Notes: generated by a model from the sequence alone, not told the origin. DNA of 64,000 nucleotides from Gammaproteobacteria bacterium (GCA_029881035.1 JAOUNI010000001.1:28924-92923), one strand, 5' to 3'. Positions 32,739-42,824 are shown, counted from the stretch's first letter. Program-made: numbers and translations.

Positions 32739-34868
32739 ATGAGCCTGGGTGAAAGTTTTGAGTATCAATCACTGCAAACGTTAAAAGGTGTCGGCCCTGC
32801 CGTCGCTACCAAGTTAGAGAAGCTTGGACTTTATACCATCCAGGATATGCTCTTCCATTTTCCACTGAGATATGAAGATCGCACAAAAATTGTACCGATT
32901 GGCGCGTTGAGAGCGGGACAACAGGTTGTTATCGAAGGTGTAATTGAACATAGTGAGGTTCGCTTCAGTCGCAATGGTAGGAGTAGAGGAAAAAACAAAG
33001 CCTCCAGTGGCCGTTCATTACTTTGCTATTTATCTGATAGCACAGGCGGCATCGTATTACGTTTTTTTTATTTCAATGCTAGTCAGCAGGCAAATTTAAC
33101 CAGGGGCAAACGTGTGCGTTGTTTTGGTGAAGTTCGCCATGGTGCGGGTAACTTAGAAATTACCCATCCAGAATATCAGCAGCTGGTTGAGAATGAATCA
33201 TTGCCGGTAAAAAATACGCTGACACCAGTCTACCCAAGAACCGAGGGAGTTCATCAAGCACTTTTAAGAAATCTGGCTGAACAGGTGTTGATCGGGCTGA
33301 ATGAGGATAATGTGCCTGAATGGTTACCTGAGCAGTTACTAATGGAAAAAAGATTTCCTAATTTATCTCAGTCATTGAAAACGGTGCATCATCCGAGTGC
33401 AGATATATCGTTGAGTAGTATTGAAGCAGTTAAACATCCTGCGCAGCAGCGCCTGATTTTTGAGGAGCTGGTGGCGTATCGCCTGAGCATGATTCAGTTC
33501 AGGCAGGAGGTTAAAAAATATCAGGCATCGGCACAGTATATTGATGATGAAAGTCTAAAGGCGTTTATTAAAATATTGGGCTTTGAATTAACCGTGGCAC
33601 AAAAAAAAGTAATACACGAGATTATGAATGATTTGAAACAGACTGTGCCCATGATGCGTTTATTGCAGGGTGATGTTGGGTCTGGCAAGACAGTTGTCGC
33701 AGCCTGTGCTGCGTTGGCAGCAGTGCATAATTCATCCCAGGTGGCAATTATGGCACCAACAGAAATTCTGGCCAGTCAGTTATTTGATAATTTTAATCGC
33801 TGGTTTGAAAGTGCACGGAACAAAGATGTCTGTCTGTTGCTTACAGGAAAACACAAAGGCAAGATAAGAGAGGAAAAACTGAGTGCAATAAGAACGGGAG
33901 AAACCTGTGTGATTGTAGGTACACATGCGTTATTTCAGCAAGATGTTGAGTTTAAGAACCTGTCGCTAATAATAGTTGATGAGCAACATCGGTTTGGAGT
34001 ACATCAGCGTTTAACATTGCGCGAAAAAGGTTCTAAAAATGCTATTGCGCCTCACCAGCTGATTATGACAGCGACGCCTATACCGCGTAGTCTGGCCATG
34101 ACTGCTTATGCGGATCTGGATTATTCAGTGATTGATGAACTACCGGTGGGGCGAAAAAAAATTTCAACAGTAGTACTGTCTGACCAACGTAGAAGTGAAG
34201 TGATTGAACGTGTGGCGGAAGCGTGCAGGAGAGGTGGGCAGGCTTACTGGGTGTGCACTCTGGTAGAAGAATCTGAGGTTTTGCAATGTCAGGCGGCCGA
34301 GGAAACAGCGGCCAGGTTAAATCAGGATTTTCAGGATTTGAGCATCGGTTTAGTGCATGGACGGATGAAGCAGGATGAAAAAGATACCGTTGTCTCAAAA
34401 TTCAAAGCCGGTGAAATAAATTTACTGGTAGCGACGACAGTCATAGAAGTGGGTGTGGATGTACCAAATGCATCACTAATGGTGATTGAGAACGCTGAGC
34501 GACTGGGACTATCGCAGCTACATCAATTACGTGGGCGAGTCGGACGTGGGAAAAAACAAAGTGCCTGTGTACTGATGTACCAGTCGCCCTTATCTGAAAG
34601 AGCCAGGCAGCGCTTATCAATAGTACGTGAAAATCATAGTGGATTTATCATTGCACAGAAGGATCTTGAAATGAGAGGTGCGGGTGAGGTGTTGGGTACG
34701 CGGCAGACAGGCGTGGTTGGGATGAGGATCGCTGATGTAGTACGAGATGAATTTATGCTGGATGATGTTAAAGTAGCGGCAGCACAAATTCAGCAACAAT
34801 GGCCAGAAAGAATTAAGCCATTGGTGAAGCGCTGGATGGGGCGCGTTAACCAGTATGGTTCAGTATAA
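32739..34868 (+). CDS. recG: ATP-dependent DNA helicase RecG
   Basis: QGDVGSGKT, DEQHRFG, TATPIPR and QLRGRVGRG motifs. Confidence 0.98.
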   Translation: MSLGESFEYQSLQTLKGVGPAVATKLEKLGLYTIQDMLFHFPLRYEDRTKIVPIGALRAGQQVVIEGVIEHSEVRFSRNGRSRGKNKASSGRSLLCYLSDSTGGIVLRFFYFNASQQANLTRGKRVRCFGEVRHGAGNLEITHPEYQQLVENESLPVKNTLTPVYPRTEGVHQALLRNLAEQVLIGLNEDNVPEWLPEQLLMEKRFPNLSQSLKTVHHPSADISLSSIEAVKHPAQQRLIFEELVAYRLSMIQFRQEVKKYQASAQYIDDESLKAFIKILGFELTVAQKKVIHEIMNDLKQTVPMMRLLQGDVGSGKTVVAACAALAAVHNSSQVAIMAPTEILASQLFDNFNRWFESARNKDVCLLLTGKHKGKIREEKLSAIRTGETCVIVGTHALFQQDVEFKNLSLIIVDEQHRFGVHQRLTLREKGSKNAIAPHQLIMTATPIPRSLAMTAYADLDYSVIDELPVGRKKISTVVLSDQRRSEVIERVAEACRRGGQAYWVCTLVEESEVLQCQAAEETAARLNQDFQDLSIGLVHGRMKQDEKDTVVSKFKAGEINLLVATTVIEVGVDVPNASLMVIENAERLGLSQLHQLRGRVGRGKKQSACVLMYQSPLSERARQRLSIVRENHSGFIIAQKDLEMRGAGEVLGTRQTGVVGMRIADVVRDEFMLDDVKVAAAQIQQQWPERIKPLVKRWMGRVNQYGSV

Positions 34869-34946
34869 AAAATGATGGATAGCTGGAAGATAGAAGCCCG
34901 CTCGTCTATGTAATAGGCATTAATAAATAAATTACACCGGTGGCTG

Positions 34947-36845
34947 ATGCTCAAATTTCTGAAAAATAATACTGAGTTGAATATTTCAGGCGAAATTGAT
35001 GTTTATGACGACGTCGTTCGAAAAACACAGGTCATTCGATTAATAGAAAGCTCCGGATTTAATAATCTTGTTAGTTTGACTATGGCGATAACCTGGGTGG
35101 GGCTGATCTGGGACAAGTTGCCACCAATTGTTTTAAGCGTCTGGCTGGCAATGATGATTTTTTTATTTCTATGCTGTGTCATTGTTCAGCATCTGGGCCT
35201 GTATAAGAAGGATGATTTTTACATTTCAGCAGAAGTTGCCAAACGATGGTATTTACTGGCGGTGATATTTATTGCTATGGGCTGGGGCATTGCATCAACA
35301 TTGATGTTTCCCTACAGGCAAATCGAGCAAATTATTCTGGCCTTTATTCTGGTTGGTGTTTCAGCCAGTAGTTTAAGTTTTTCAAATGTGACATGGGTTT
35401 ATTCAGCTTACGTTGGATTTATTTTAGTACCACTGGCTGTACGGCTCTTTTATATTGGAGGTGATGTTTATTATGCTCTGTCAGGTATGACGGTGTTTAT
35501 GCTAGGCGCAATTATACTGGCAGCAAATCGTATTAATAGAGCTTCATCGGATGCATTAAGGTTGTCATTAAAGAATGAAGATCTTATTAAAAATCTTACG
35601 CGGGCATCCAATGACATGGAAAGCCTGAATCAATCGCTAACTACCGAGATAGAACATGTAAAAAAAGTTGAAGGTGAATTGAAGAAAGCCAAAAACGAGG
35701 CGGAAAGAATGAGCCGAACCAAAGGTGAGTTTTTGGCGAATATGAGCCATGAAATTCGTACGCCTATGAATGGCGTGATTGGTACGCTTCAGCTTTTAGA
35801 AGATACCACGTTAACCGAATCCCAACGTGAGTATGTTAGTGTTGCCTATAAATCAGCTGATGCTCTGTTATCTATTTTGAATGATATTCTTGACCTCTCA
35901 AAAATTGAAGCGGGTAAGCTTGAGTTTGAATCTATTCCGTTTGATTTAAGAGAAATTGTTAATGATGTGGTTGTCTTGCATGCATTAAAAGCCGAGCAGT
36001 CAGGTATTTATTTAAAAAGTGAAATAGATAAATCTGTACCAGACAGGGTGGTGGGTGATCCTACTCGAATTCGACAAGTATTAGTGAATTTGATTTCCAA
36101 TGCGATGAAATTTACTACTAAAGGAGGAGTGATTGTTCGACTTAAACTTAAGCTTAAAGATGAAAAAGAGACCTTGATTCGTATTGAAGTTGAAGATACT
36201 GGTGTCGGTATTCCAACCAGTAAACACCAAAAGTTGTTTATGGCTTTTTCGCAGGCAGATGGCTCAACAACACGCAAGTATGGAGGCACTGGTTTGGGTC
36301 TGGCTATTGTCCGGCAACTAATTGAAATGATGCATGGTAATCTGGGCATTGAAAGTGAAGTTGGCAAAGGCTCAAAATTCTGGTTTGTTCTACCTCTGGG
36401 CATTGCTGGTGACCAGGAATCCTCCGCTTCACCAAAAGTTGTAGACATAAAGGTGGAGCTTAAAGGCCGCGTATTGCTAGTTGAAGATAACCCGGTCAAT
36501 CAGATGGTGGCCAAAAAAATGCTAGAAAAAGTTGGTCTGGAATCGGTATTGGCCATCAATGGGAGGGAGGCATTGGAATATTTACAGGAGGAGAGATTTG
36601 ATGCTGTCTTAATGGATTGCCAGATGCCGGAAATGGATGGCTTTGAGGCTACACGTTTGTGGCGTGAGCAGGAGCAGTTGTCCGGGGCTAAGCGTTTACC
36701 CATTATTGCAATGACGGCAAATGTGATGGAGGGCGATCGGGAGTTATGCTTGAAATCTGGCATGGATGACTATTTGGGTAAGCCTGTCAGGCAGGTAGAG
36801 CTAGGCCAGGTTTTGCGTCGCTGGATAATAAATAATGAGCATTAA
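34947..36845 (+). CDS. Orphan hybrid sensor histidine kinase (multi-TM sensor, HisKA, HATPase, receiver)
   Basis: ANMSHEIRTPMNG, NLISNAMKFT, DTGVG, GGTGLGL, VLMDCQMP. Confidence 0.93.
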   Translation: MLKFLKNNTELNISGEIDVYDDVVRKTQVIRLIESSGFNNLVSLTMAITWVGLIWDKLPPIVLSVWLAMMIFLFLCCVIVQHLGLYKKDDFYISAEVAKRWYLLAVIFIAMGWGIASTLMFPYRQIEQIILAFILVGVSASSLSFSNVTWVYSAYVGFILVPLAVRLFYIGGDVYYALSGMTVFMLGAIILAANRINRASSDALRLSLKNEDLIKNLTRASNDMESLNQSLTTEIEHVKKVEGELKKAKNEAERMSRTKGEFLANMSHEIRTPMNGVIGTLQLLEDTTLTESQREYVSVAYKSADALLSILNDILDLSKIEAGKLEFESIPFDLREIVNDVVVLHALKAEQSGIYLKSEIDKSVPDRVVGDPTRIRQVLVNLISNAMKFTTKGGVIVRLKLKLKDEKETLIRIEVEDTGVGIPTSKHQKLFMAFSQADGSTTRKYGGTGLGLAIVRQLIEMMHGNLGIESEVGKGSKFWFVLPLGIAGDQESSASPKVVDIKVELKGRVLLVEDNPVNQMVAKKMLEKVGLESVLAINGREALEYLQEERFDAVLMDCQMPEMDGFEATRLWREQEQLSGAKRLPIIAMTANVMEGDRELCLKSGMDDYLGKPVRQVELGQVLRRWIINNEH

Positions 36846-36903
36846 TTATTTATTTATTATTTATGTCTTGTAGAATTCGCCTTCATTCTTTGGCGAGACA
36901 ATT

Positions 36904-37446
36904 ATGAGTTCGAATGGTATTTCACAACGTTGGTATCAGCGTAAGCAACTCTTTTCAAAACATTTGTCTGCTGATAAACGTTCCTGGTTGTTTGATACTT
37001 CATCATTAACTGCGAGACTGATTCGATATAGTTCAGGTAATTTTCATGTTGAATTGTTGTCCCAAATAATTGGGCGGCCAACGCTGGATGAAGCTAAGGC
37101 GCTTAATATAGCAACTGGACAGTATGCTTTAATCAGGCAGGTGCATCTCTGTTGTTCAAATAAAATAGTGGTTTATGCACGTACGGTGATACCCTTAAGC
37201 ACTCTTAAAGGTGCTGAGCGCAGCTATGGTACTTTAGGTAGCCGGCCTTTGGGCGCGATGTTATTTGCGGATCGAAGCATGCGTCGTAATGAAATTATGG
37301 TAACCAGGTTGCTGCCCGAAAATGCATTGTATGAAAAAACCGGTGCACAAGGTGAGGCAGTATGGGGACGTCGCTCGGTTTTTTATGTAGGTGAAAAACC
37401 GCTATTGGTCAGTGAATATTATTTACCGAGTTTATTCAGTTATTAG
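36904..37446 (+). CDS. ubiC: Chorismate pyruvate-lyase
   Basis: WLFDTSSLTARL, ARTVIP, LGSRPLG, WGRRS, LLVSEY. Confidence 0.93.
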   Translation: MSSNGISQRWYQRKQLFSKHLSADKRSWLFDTSSLTARLIRYSSGNFHVELLSQIIGRPTLDEAKALNIATGQYALIRQVHLCCSNKIVVYARTVIPLSTLKGAERSYGTLGSRPLGAMLFADRSMRRNEIMVTRLLPENALYEKTGAQGEAVWGRRSVFYVGEKPLLVSEYYLPSLFSY

Positions 37447-38136
37447 TTTTTCTGCATTCGTTGAATCTGTAGTAGTTTTAATTTCTGTCATTTTTAAAAT
37501 AACAATTTGTTGTTTCGGTACATCCTGGCCAAACGGACCGTCAGCACCAGTTTCTACTTCAGACATCATGTTGATTACATCCATGCCCTGAGTTACTTTT
37601 CCAAATACAGCATAACCCCAGCCGCTCATGTTTTTACCGGTATGATCAAGAAATGAATTATCTGCCGTATTAATAAAGAACTGGTTGGTGGCAGAATGTG
37701 GCGCACTCGTACGTGCCATGGCGATACTGCCAGGTAAGTTTTTTAGGCCGTTGAAAGCTTCGTTGGGAATAGGACGTTGTGTCTCAGTTTTTGCATAATC
37801 AGTGGTATAACCACCGCCCTGATTCATAAAATTCTTTATGACGCGGTGAAAAATCGTACCATCGTAGGTGCCGGCATTGGTGTAGTAGAGAAAGTTCTTA
37901 ACTGTTTCAGGGGCTTTATCCGGGTAAAGTTCTAGCATGACATCACCCATAGAGGTTTCCATTTTTACATTGATGATGGTACCCAGATCGAACGGGTCGG
38001 TTAATATCGTAGTTACTTCAGAATCTACAGGTTCGCTGTCTACTATTGTTGTATAGGTTTGTGTTAATTCAACAAAAAGAATTGCCGAGCCCAGACCTAA
38101 AAAAAGTGCGAGTGCAGCGAAAATGTATTTTTTCAT
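37432..38136 (-). CDS. ppiA: Cyclophilin-type peptidyl-prolyl isomerase with N-terminal membrane anchor or signal
   Basis: APETVKNF, FHRVIKNFMNQGGG, AMARTSAPHSATNQFFIN, GYAVFG. Confidence 0.85.
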   Translation of the reverse strand: MKKYIFAALALFLGLGSAILFVELTQTYTTIVDSEPVDSEVTTILTDPFDLGTIINVKMETSMGDVMLELYPDKAPETVKNFLYYTNAGTYDGTIFHRVIKNFMNQGGGYTTDYAKTETQRPIPNEAFNGLKNLPGSIAMARTSAPHSATNQFFINTADNSFLDHTGKNMSGWGYAVFGKVTQGMDVINMMSEVETGADGPFGQDVPKQQIVILKMTEIKTTTDSTNAEKLITE

Positions 38137-38196
38137 AATTAGAATCTTGCTTGAGTATTAATGTGGTCGGTAATTTAGCTGAAAACTGCAGACTTG

Positions 38197-38868
38197 TCAG
38201 CTTGCAGAAGGTATTGTTTTAGTTTGTTCTGAGTCTATGGAATCTTTTTGTGTGAGTTGAGTTTCGTGAATGCCTATTGCTCTTAGAAACAGCGTAACCA
38301 GCTCACGACTTAGTTCGCTCAGGCTGACATCGATTAGACGATCTTGAGGTTGTAGGTACTTTTGCAACAGTGCTTCACGTACCATTCCTTGAAACATTAA
38401 GCTGGCAGAAAGAATTTTAATTTCTCTGTCGGCAATATCGTAAGCCAGGCGTTCATTCATGCTGTAGTTGATGTAGTCGGCAAAACTTTTCCAGCGATTT
38501 TCAAAAAATTCACTGGTTGCAGGATTGCCGTCAAGCAGGCTTTGCATCTCTATACGTAGTAAGTTGGGGTTTTCGTCGATGCTGCGGATAAAAACCTCAG
38601 TCATACCAATGAGGACTTCTTCAAAGTTAGCGTCGCTGTTGACCACCGCCTCAACATAGCTTTCACGTTGCGAGGAGAGCTCCTGCAGAACCGCATCGTA
38701 AAGATCCTGTTTGGATTTAAAGTGTCGATACAGAATAGCGGGGCTGACGTTGACGGCACGGGCAATTTCATCGATAGAAACGCCATGAAATCCTTTATCA
38801 GCAAACAGTCGTTGCGCTTCCTTGAGGATTGACTGTCTGCGCTCAGGGCCTGATAAGCGAGTGTTCAT
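38197..38868 (-). CDS. TetR/AcrR-family transcriptional regulator
   Basis: LFADKGFHGVSIDEIARAVNVSPAILYRHFKSKQDL helix-turn-helix. Confidence 0.95.
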   Translation of the reverse strand: MNTRLSGPERRQSILKEAQRLFADKGFHGVSIDEIARAVNVSPAILYRHFKSKQDLYDAVLQELSSQRESYVEAVVNSDANFEEVLIGMTEVFIRSIDENPNLLRIEMQSLLDGNPATSEFFENRWKSFADYINYSMNERLAYDIADREIKILSASLMFQGMVREALLQKYLQPQDRLIDVSLSELSRELVTLFLRAIGIHETQLTQKDSIDSEQTKTIPSAS

Positions 38869-38905
38869 AAATAAACGTTCAGCAAACCCTGAGAGACAGT
38901 GCTGA

Positions 38906-39136
38906 TTAAGATTTCTTAATCATGAAGACAAATTTGCCGCCTTCTTCACCACTTGAAAGCAGTGTATTGCCAGTTTGTTTACAAAAAGCTTCAAAATCCT
39001 TAACAGAACCTGGATCGGTTGCAATAATTCTAAGTGTTTGACCATCTTCAAGACCAGCAATAGCCTTTTTAGCGCGCAAAATAGGTAGTGGGCAGTTTAG
39101 TCCGCTGGCATCCAGTTCTGAATCAAAATCGCTCAT
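38906..39136 (-). CDS. tusA: Sulfur carrier protein TusA
   Basis: LDASGLNCPLP persulfide motif; ATDPGSVKDF. Confidence 0.95.
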   Translation of the reverse strand: MSDFDSELDASGLNCPLPILRAKKAIAGLEDGQTLRIIATDPGSVKDFEAFCKQTGNTLLSSGEEGGKFVFMIKKS

Positions 39137-39177
39137 AATAAAACCTCATAGTTAGTTGTTAGTTGGGTCACAAAGAA

Positions 39178-39220
39178 AGTGAACGATCACTAACTTAGGC
39201 TAAGATGGGCCAAATGTCAA
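39178..39220 (-). promoter_or_regulatory. tusA promoter with palindromic operator over +1
   Basis: TTGACA (39220-39215), 17 nt, TAAGTT (39197-39192), immediately followed by AGTGA-TCGT-TCACT (39191-39178). Confidence 0.75.
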
Positions 39221-39224
39221 GAGT

Positions 39225-39572
39225 TCAGAGGAAAGAGATATCAAGATTGATAATGAGAGAGTTATCAATAATCTCGATTTTGACAGGAGTTAGCTTTTCG
39301 CCGGTACAGGGGCCGTGGATGCACTGGCCGGTGTCAATTTCAAACAATGCATTGTGAGTGGCGCACTGGATAAAAGTATGGTCTCTATCCAGAAATTGAT
39401 CATCTAGCCATTCCAGATTGACGCCGGTATGTGGGCATGAATTGATAAATGCATAAAATTCGCCATCCTTGTGGATAACAAAAATATCAAAAATCTTACT
39501 ATTATGTGCAAGCTGGAAAGCCTTGCTGCCGGGATCTTGAATATCTGATATGGAGCAGAGAGCGGTTGTCAT
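39225..39572 (-). CDS. Small Rieske [2Fe-2S] ferredoxin
   Basis: CPH...CATH ligand motifs; F...TGQCIHGPC. Confidence 0.92.
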   Translation of the reverse strand: MTTALCSISDIQDPGSKAFQLAHNSKIFDIFVIHKDGEFYAFINSCPHTGVNLEWLDDQFLDRDHTFIQCATHNALFEIDTGQCIHGPCTGEKLTPVKIEIIDNSLIINLDISFL

Positions 39573-39653
39573 ACAGAATGATAAGTTAAGCTGATTAAGA
39601 ATATTAATTCTGTGTAAGATAACATGAGTTTAAATGCATAGAAAAGATAACAC

Positions 39654-40865
39654 ATGAATGAATTAAACCTGATTGATTTAGTAATGCTGATTTTATTGCT
39701 GGTCGCTGTAGTGTTGTTATGGCGGATACACGGTCAGCAGCTGCGTATAGATATGCGTAATGACGAGCAGACCCGGCAGTTTCAGAACATTGAGTCCATA
39801 CTTCGTGAAACACGAGATTCTCAGCTCAAGAGCCTTGCAGAGATGCAGGCCAGGTTTGAGCAGCGTTTTGGTGAAATGCAGCACAGCATTGAAAAACGTC
39901 TGGGTGAGATGGGACAGATCAGTATCGAAAAAATGGCGGACTCTAATAAAAAAATGCAGGAGTTGTTGCATGAACGATTAAATGAAATCAGTGGTCAGGT
40001 AGAAAAACGGTTAAATAAAGGTTTTGAAAAAACCACTGAAACCTTTATTGATGTGGTCAAGCGTTTAGCCATTATTGATGAGGCGCAAAAAAAGATTACC
40101 GAGCTTTCCAGCAGCGTAGTGAGTTTACAGGAAGTGTTATCTGATAAACGATCACGCGGAGCCTTTGGTGAAGTGCAGATGGCAGCACTGGTGCGCAATA
40201 TGATGCCGGAGAATCATTTTTCATTGCAGCATAGTCTATCAAATGGAACACGCGTAGATTGCATGCTGTTTCTACCCGAACCGACGGGAGATCTGGCCAT
40301 AGATTCAAAATTCCCGCTGGATTCCTACAAACGCATGATGGATAACGAACTGACAGAATCGGAACGACAGGTTGCTGAGCGTCAGTTTCGCCAGGATGTG
40401 AAAAAACACATCAAGGATATTTCCGAAAAATATATTATTCCCGGTGAAACTTCAGATAGTGCAATTATGTTTATTCCAGCTGAGGCCGTATTTGCAGAAA
40501 TACATGCACATCAGTCAGAATTAGTTGAAGAGTCACATCGTAAACGTGTCTGGATGGTGTCACCATCGACGCTGATGGCAGTGTTAACCACGGTGCGTGC
40601 TGTGCTCAAGGATGCAGCCACGCGTAAACAGGTTCATCTAATTCAGGAGCATCTGGTGGGCTTGTCAAAAGATTTTGGACGATTCAAAAATCGTATGGAT
40701 GATTTGTCAAAACATATTCGAATGGCAAATGATGATGTTGGCAAAGTAAATACATCAGCGCAGAAAATTAGTAGTCGCTTTGAAAAAATAGAAAAGGTTG
40801 AACTGGAAGGCCCAGATATGGATCTGCTAGATCAGGATATAGATGATATAGGTGATGAAGAGTAG
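39654..40865 (+). CDS. rmuC: DNA recombination protein RmuC
   Basis: N-terminal TM, coiled coil, RGAFGE, IDSKFP, MFIPAE, VSPSTL. Confidence 0.95.
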   Translation: MNELNLIDLVMLILLLVAVVLLWRIHGQQLRIDMRNDEQTRQFQNIESILRETRDSQLKSLAEMQARFEQRFGEMQHSIEKRLGEMGQISIEKMADSNKKMQELLHERLNEISGQVEKRLNKGFEKTTETFIDVVKRLAIIDEAQKKITELSSSVVSLQEVLSDKRSRGAFGEVQMAALVRNMMPENHFSLQHSLSNGTRVDCMLFLPEPTGDLAIDSKFPLDSYKRMMDNELTESERQVAERQFRQDVKKHIKDISEKYIIPGETSDSAIMFIPAEAVFAEIHAHQSELVEESHRKRVWMVSPSTLMAVLTTVRAVLKDAATRKQVHLIQEHLVGLSKDFGRFKNRMDDLSKHIRMANDDVGKVNTSAQKISSRFEKIEKVELEGPDMDLLDQDIDDIGDEE

Positions 40866-40876
40866 GAGAAAATAAA

Positions 40877-41896
40877 ATGCAGGAGACGGGTTTTTCAAAA
40901 ACATCCAGAGTTATATTAGTGGCTGCGGCACTGGTTATTATTATTACAGGCATGAAATTGGCAGCAACATTACTGGTTCCTTTTTTGTTGTCTTTATTTA
41001 TTGCAATCTTATGTTTTCCTATGATGCTAGAGCTACAGAAAAAAGGTGTAGGTGAAAATGTTTCATTGTTTTTAGTTATTGCTTTAGTTTTTATTGTGGG
41101 TCTGGCTATTGCCATGTTGATTGGAAATTCGGTGGATGATTTTTCAAAAAACTTACCGGCTTATCAGCTCCGTATAACAGAACAATGGCAGGTATTTATT
41201 CAATGGATGGCAAATCAGGGTGTGGTGTTGCCAGCTGATTATTTAAAATCAAATCTTGATCCGAAAGCGGCAATGAAGATGGTGGCATCAATTTTGTCGG
41301 GTTTTGGTAATGTGCTGGCGAATTCATTTTTAATATTTCTAACGGTGATTTTTATCTTGCTGGAAACAGCCACTTTTTCTAAAAAAATAACCGCATTCGG
41401 AGGTGAGCAGGGCAGTGATTTTTCTACAGTGTTTACCGATAAGCTCAGAATGTATATGAGTATTAAAACATGGATGAGTGCGGCAACAGGTATGCTGGTA
41501 GCGCTGTGGTTATGGTTTTTAGGTGTGGATTACCCGGCTTTATGGGGTGTGCTGGCTTTTATGCTTAATTATGTGCCCAATATTGGATCCATTATCGCAG
41601 CGGTGCCTGCTGTGTTATTGGCCTTGATACAAGTGGGTATGGGTACTGCCTTTCTGGTGATGGCCGGTTATATGGCCATTAATATTATTATTGGCAATGT
41701 CATTGAGCCTAAATACATGGGCAAAGGTTTAGGTTTGTCTACGCTAGTCGTGTTTCTATCTCTGGTATTCTGGGGCTGGGTTTTGGGTACAGCGGGGATG
41801 TTGTTGTCTGTGCCGTTGACGGTGGCTGTTAAACTGGCGCTGGATAGTAAAAAAGAAAGTCAGTGGATGGGTGCTCTTCTGGGTTCTGCAGAGTAG
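40877..41896 (+). CDS. AI-2E family transporter
   Basis: LNYVPNIGS, GNVIEPKYMG, LVFWGWVLG..GMLLSVPLT. Confidence 0.93.
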   Translation: MQETGFSKTSRVILVAAALVIIITGMKLAATLLVPFLLSLFIAILCFPMMLELQKKGVGENVSLFLVIALVFIVGLAIAMLIGNSVDDFSKNLPAYQLRITEQWQVFIQWMANQGVVLPADYLKSNLDPKAAMKMVASILSGFGNVLANSFLIFLTVIFILLETATFSKKITAFGGEQGSDFSTVFTDKLRMYMSIKTWMSAATGMLVALWLWFLGVDYPALWGVLAFMLNYVPNIGSIIAAVPAVLLALIQVGMGTAFLVMAGYMAINIIIGNVIEPKYMGKGLGLSTLVVFLSLVFWGWVLGTAGMLLSVPLTVAVKLALDSKKESQWMGALLGSAE

Positions 41897-41933
41897 TCTG
41901 ACAATTAATCAGAGTAATTTTTATTGCTAAATG

Positions 41934-41978
41934 ACATCTTCAACTTTGCTGATGGTTTATCAGTAAAGTTGAAGATGT
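41934..41978. terminator. 20-bp inverted repeat between convergent genes (probable terminator or 3' stabilising hairpin)
   Basis: ACATCTTCAACTTTGCTGAT-GGTTT-ATCAGTAAAGTTGAAGATGT, one non-Watson-Crick pair. Confidence 0.6.
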
Positions 41979-41985
41979 ATTGATA

Positions 41986-42678
41986 TTATTTAGCAGCTTT
42001 GATATCCAGTAACTCAATATCAAAAATCAGAGTTGAATTGGGTTGTATAAATTGGCCACGTTGTGCTCCACCGTAAGCAATATCAGATGGGATATATAAT
42101 TGCCATTTAGCTCCCACTTTCATCAGCTGGAGTGCTTCTGTCCAGCCTTTAATAACAGCTTTAACAGGGAAGGTGGCAGGTTGATTGCGTTGATAAGAAC
42201 TATCAAAAACCTGGCCATCAATGAGTCGACCTTCGTAATGAGTCACTACAGTGTCATCCAGTTTAGGGGTGGCGCCTGTACCAGCAGTAATGACTTTATA
42301 CTGTAAGCCGCTGGCAGTGGTGATAACGCCTTCTTTGCTGGCATTAGCATTTAGAAAGGTTTTGCCGGCCGCCAAATTTTCAGCGCCAGCTGCTTTTTGT
42401 TTTTCTATGAGTGCATTTTGAATTTTCTGCTGGAAGTCCAGTCTTGCTTGCGACATCTCAGCATCGGTTAATAGCGGTTTTTTTCCTGCAGTTGCATCTT
42501 TAAGGCCATGAATCAGCGCATTAAGATCCAGTTCTGCGCCCTGTGCATTCATGCGGGTAATAAAGTCGACACCGATGCTATAACTGGCTTTTTCCTCAAG
42601 AGTGTTGAGTCCTTGATTTGCCGCGTGGACGATGGATGGTAGTGTGAAAGTGAGTGCAATAAGGTAAGAGGCGCGCAT
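41986..42678 (-). CDS. Periplasmic FKBP-type PPIase (FklB/FkpA/Mip type)
   Basis: Signal peptide, KASYSIG, SGLQY, HYEGRL, VIKGWTEAL, PNSTLIFDIEL. Confidence 0.93.
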   Translation of the reverse strand: MRASYLIALTFTLPSIVHAANQGLNTLEEKASYSIGVDFITRMNAQGAELDLNALIHGLKDATAGKKPLLTDAEMSQARLDFQQKIQNALIEKQKAAGAENLAAGKTFLNANASKEGVITTASGLQYKVITAGTGATPKLDDTVVTHYEGRLIDGQVFDSSYQRNQPATFPVKAVIKGWTEALQLMKVGAKWQLYIPSDIAYGGAQRGQFIQPNSTLIFDIELLDIKAAK

Positions 42679-42797
42679 GTATATTAATCCTGATTGATGT
42701 TGATAAAGCAGCGTGAAACATATCAGCTCACGAAACTAACATCAAGTCGCTTTCATGTTGTTGTTAATTGGACAATAATCACGCTACAGAAGATATA

Positions 42798-42824
42798 GAA
42801 CTTTTATTAATGACTATTGTCGAT
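42798..42824 (+). promoter_or_regulatory. Candidate sigmaE (RpoE/AlgU) promoter for degQ
   Basis: GAACTT-16 nt-TCGAT upstream of an HtrA protease gene; -10 imperfect. Confidence 0.5.
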
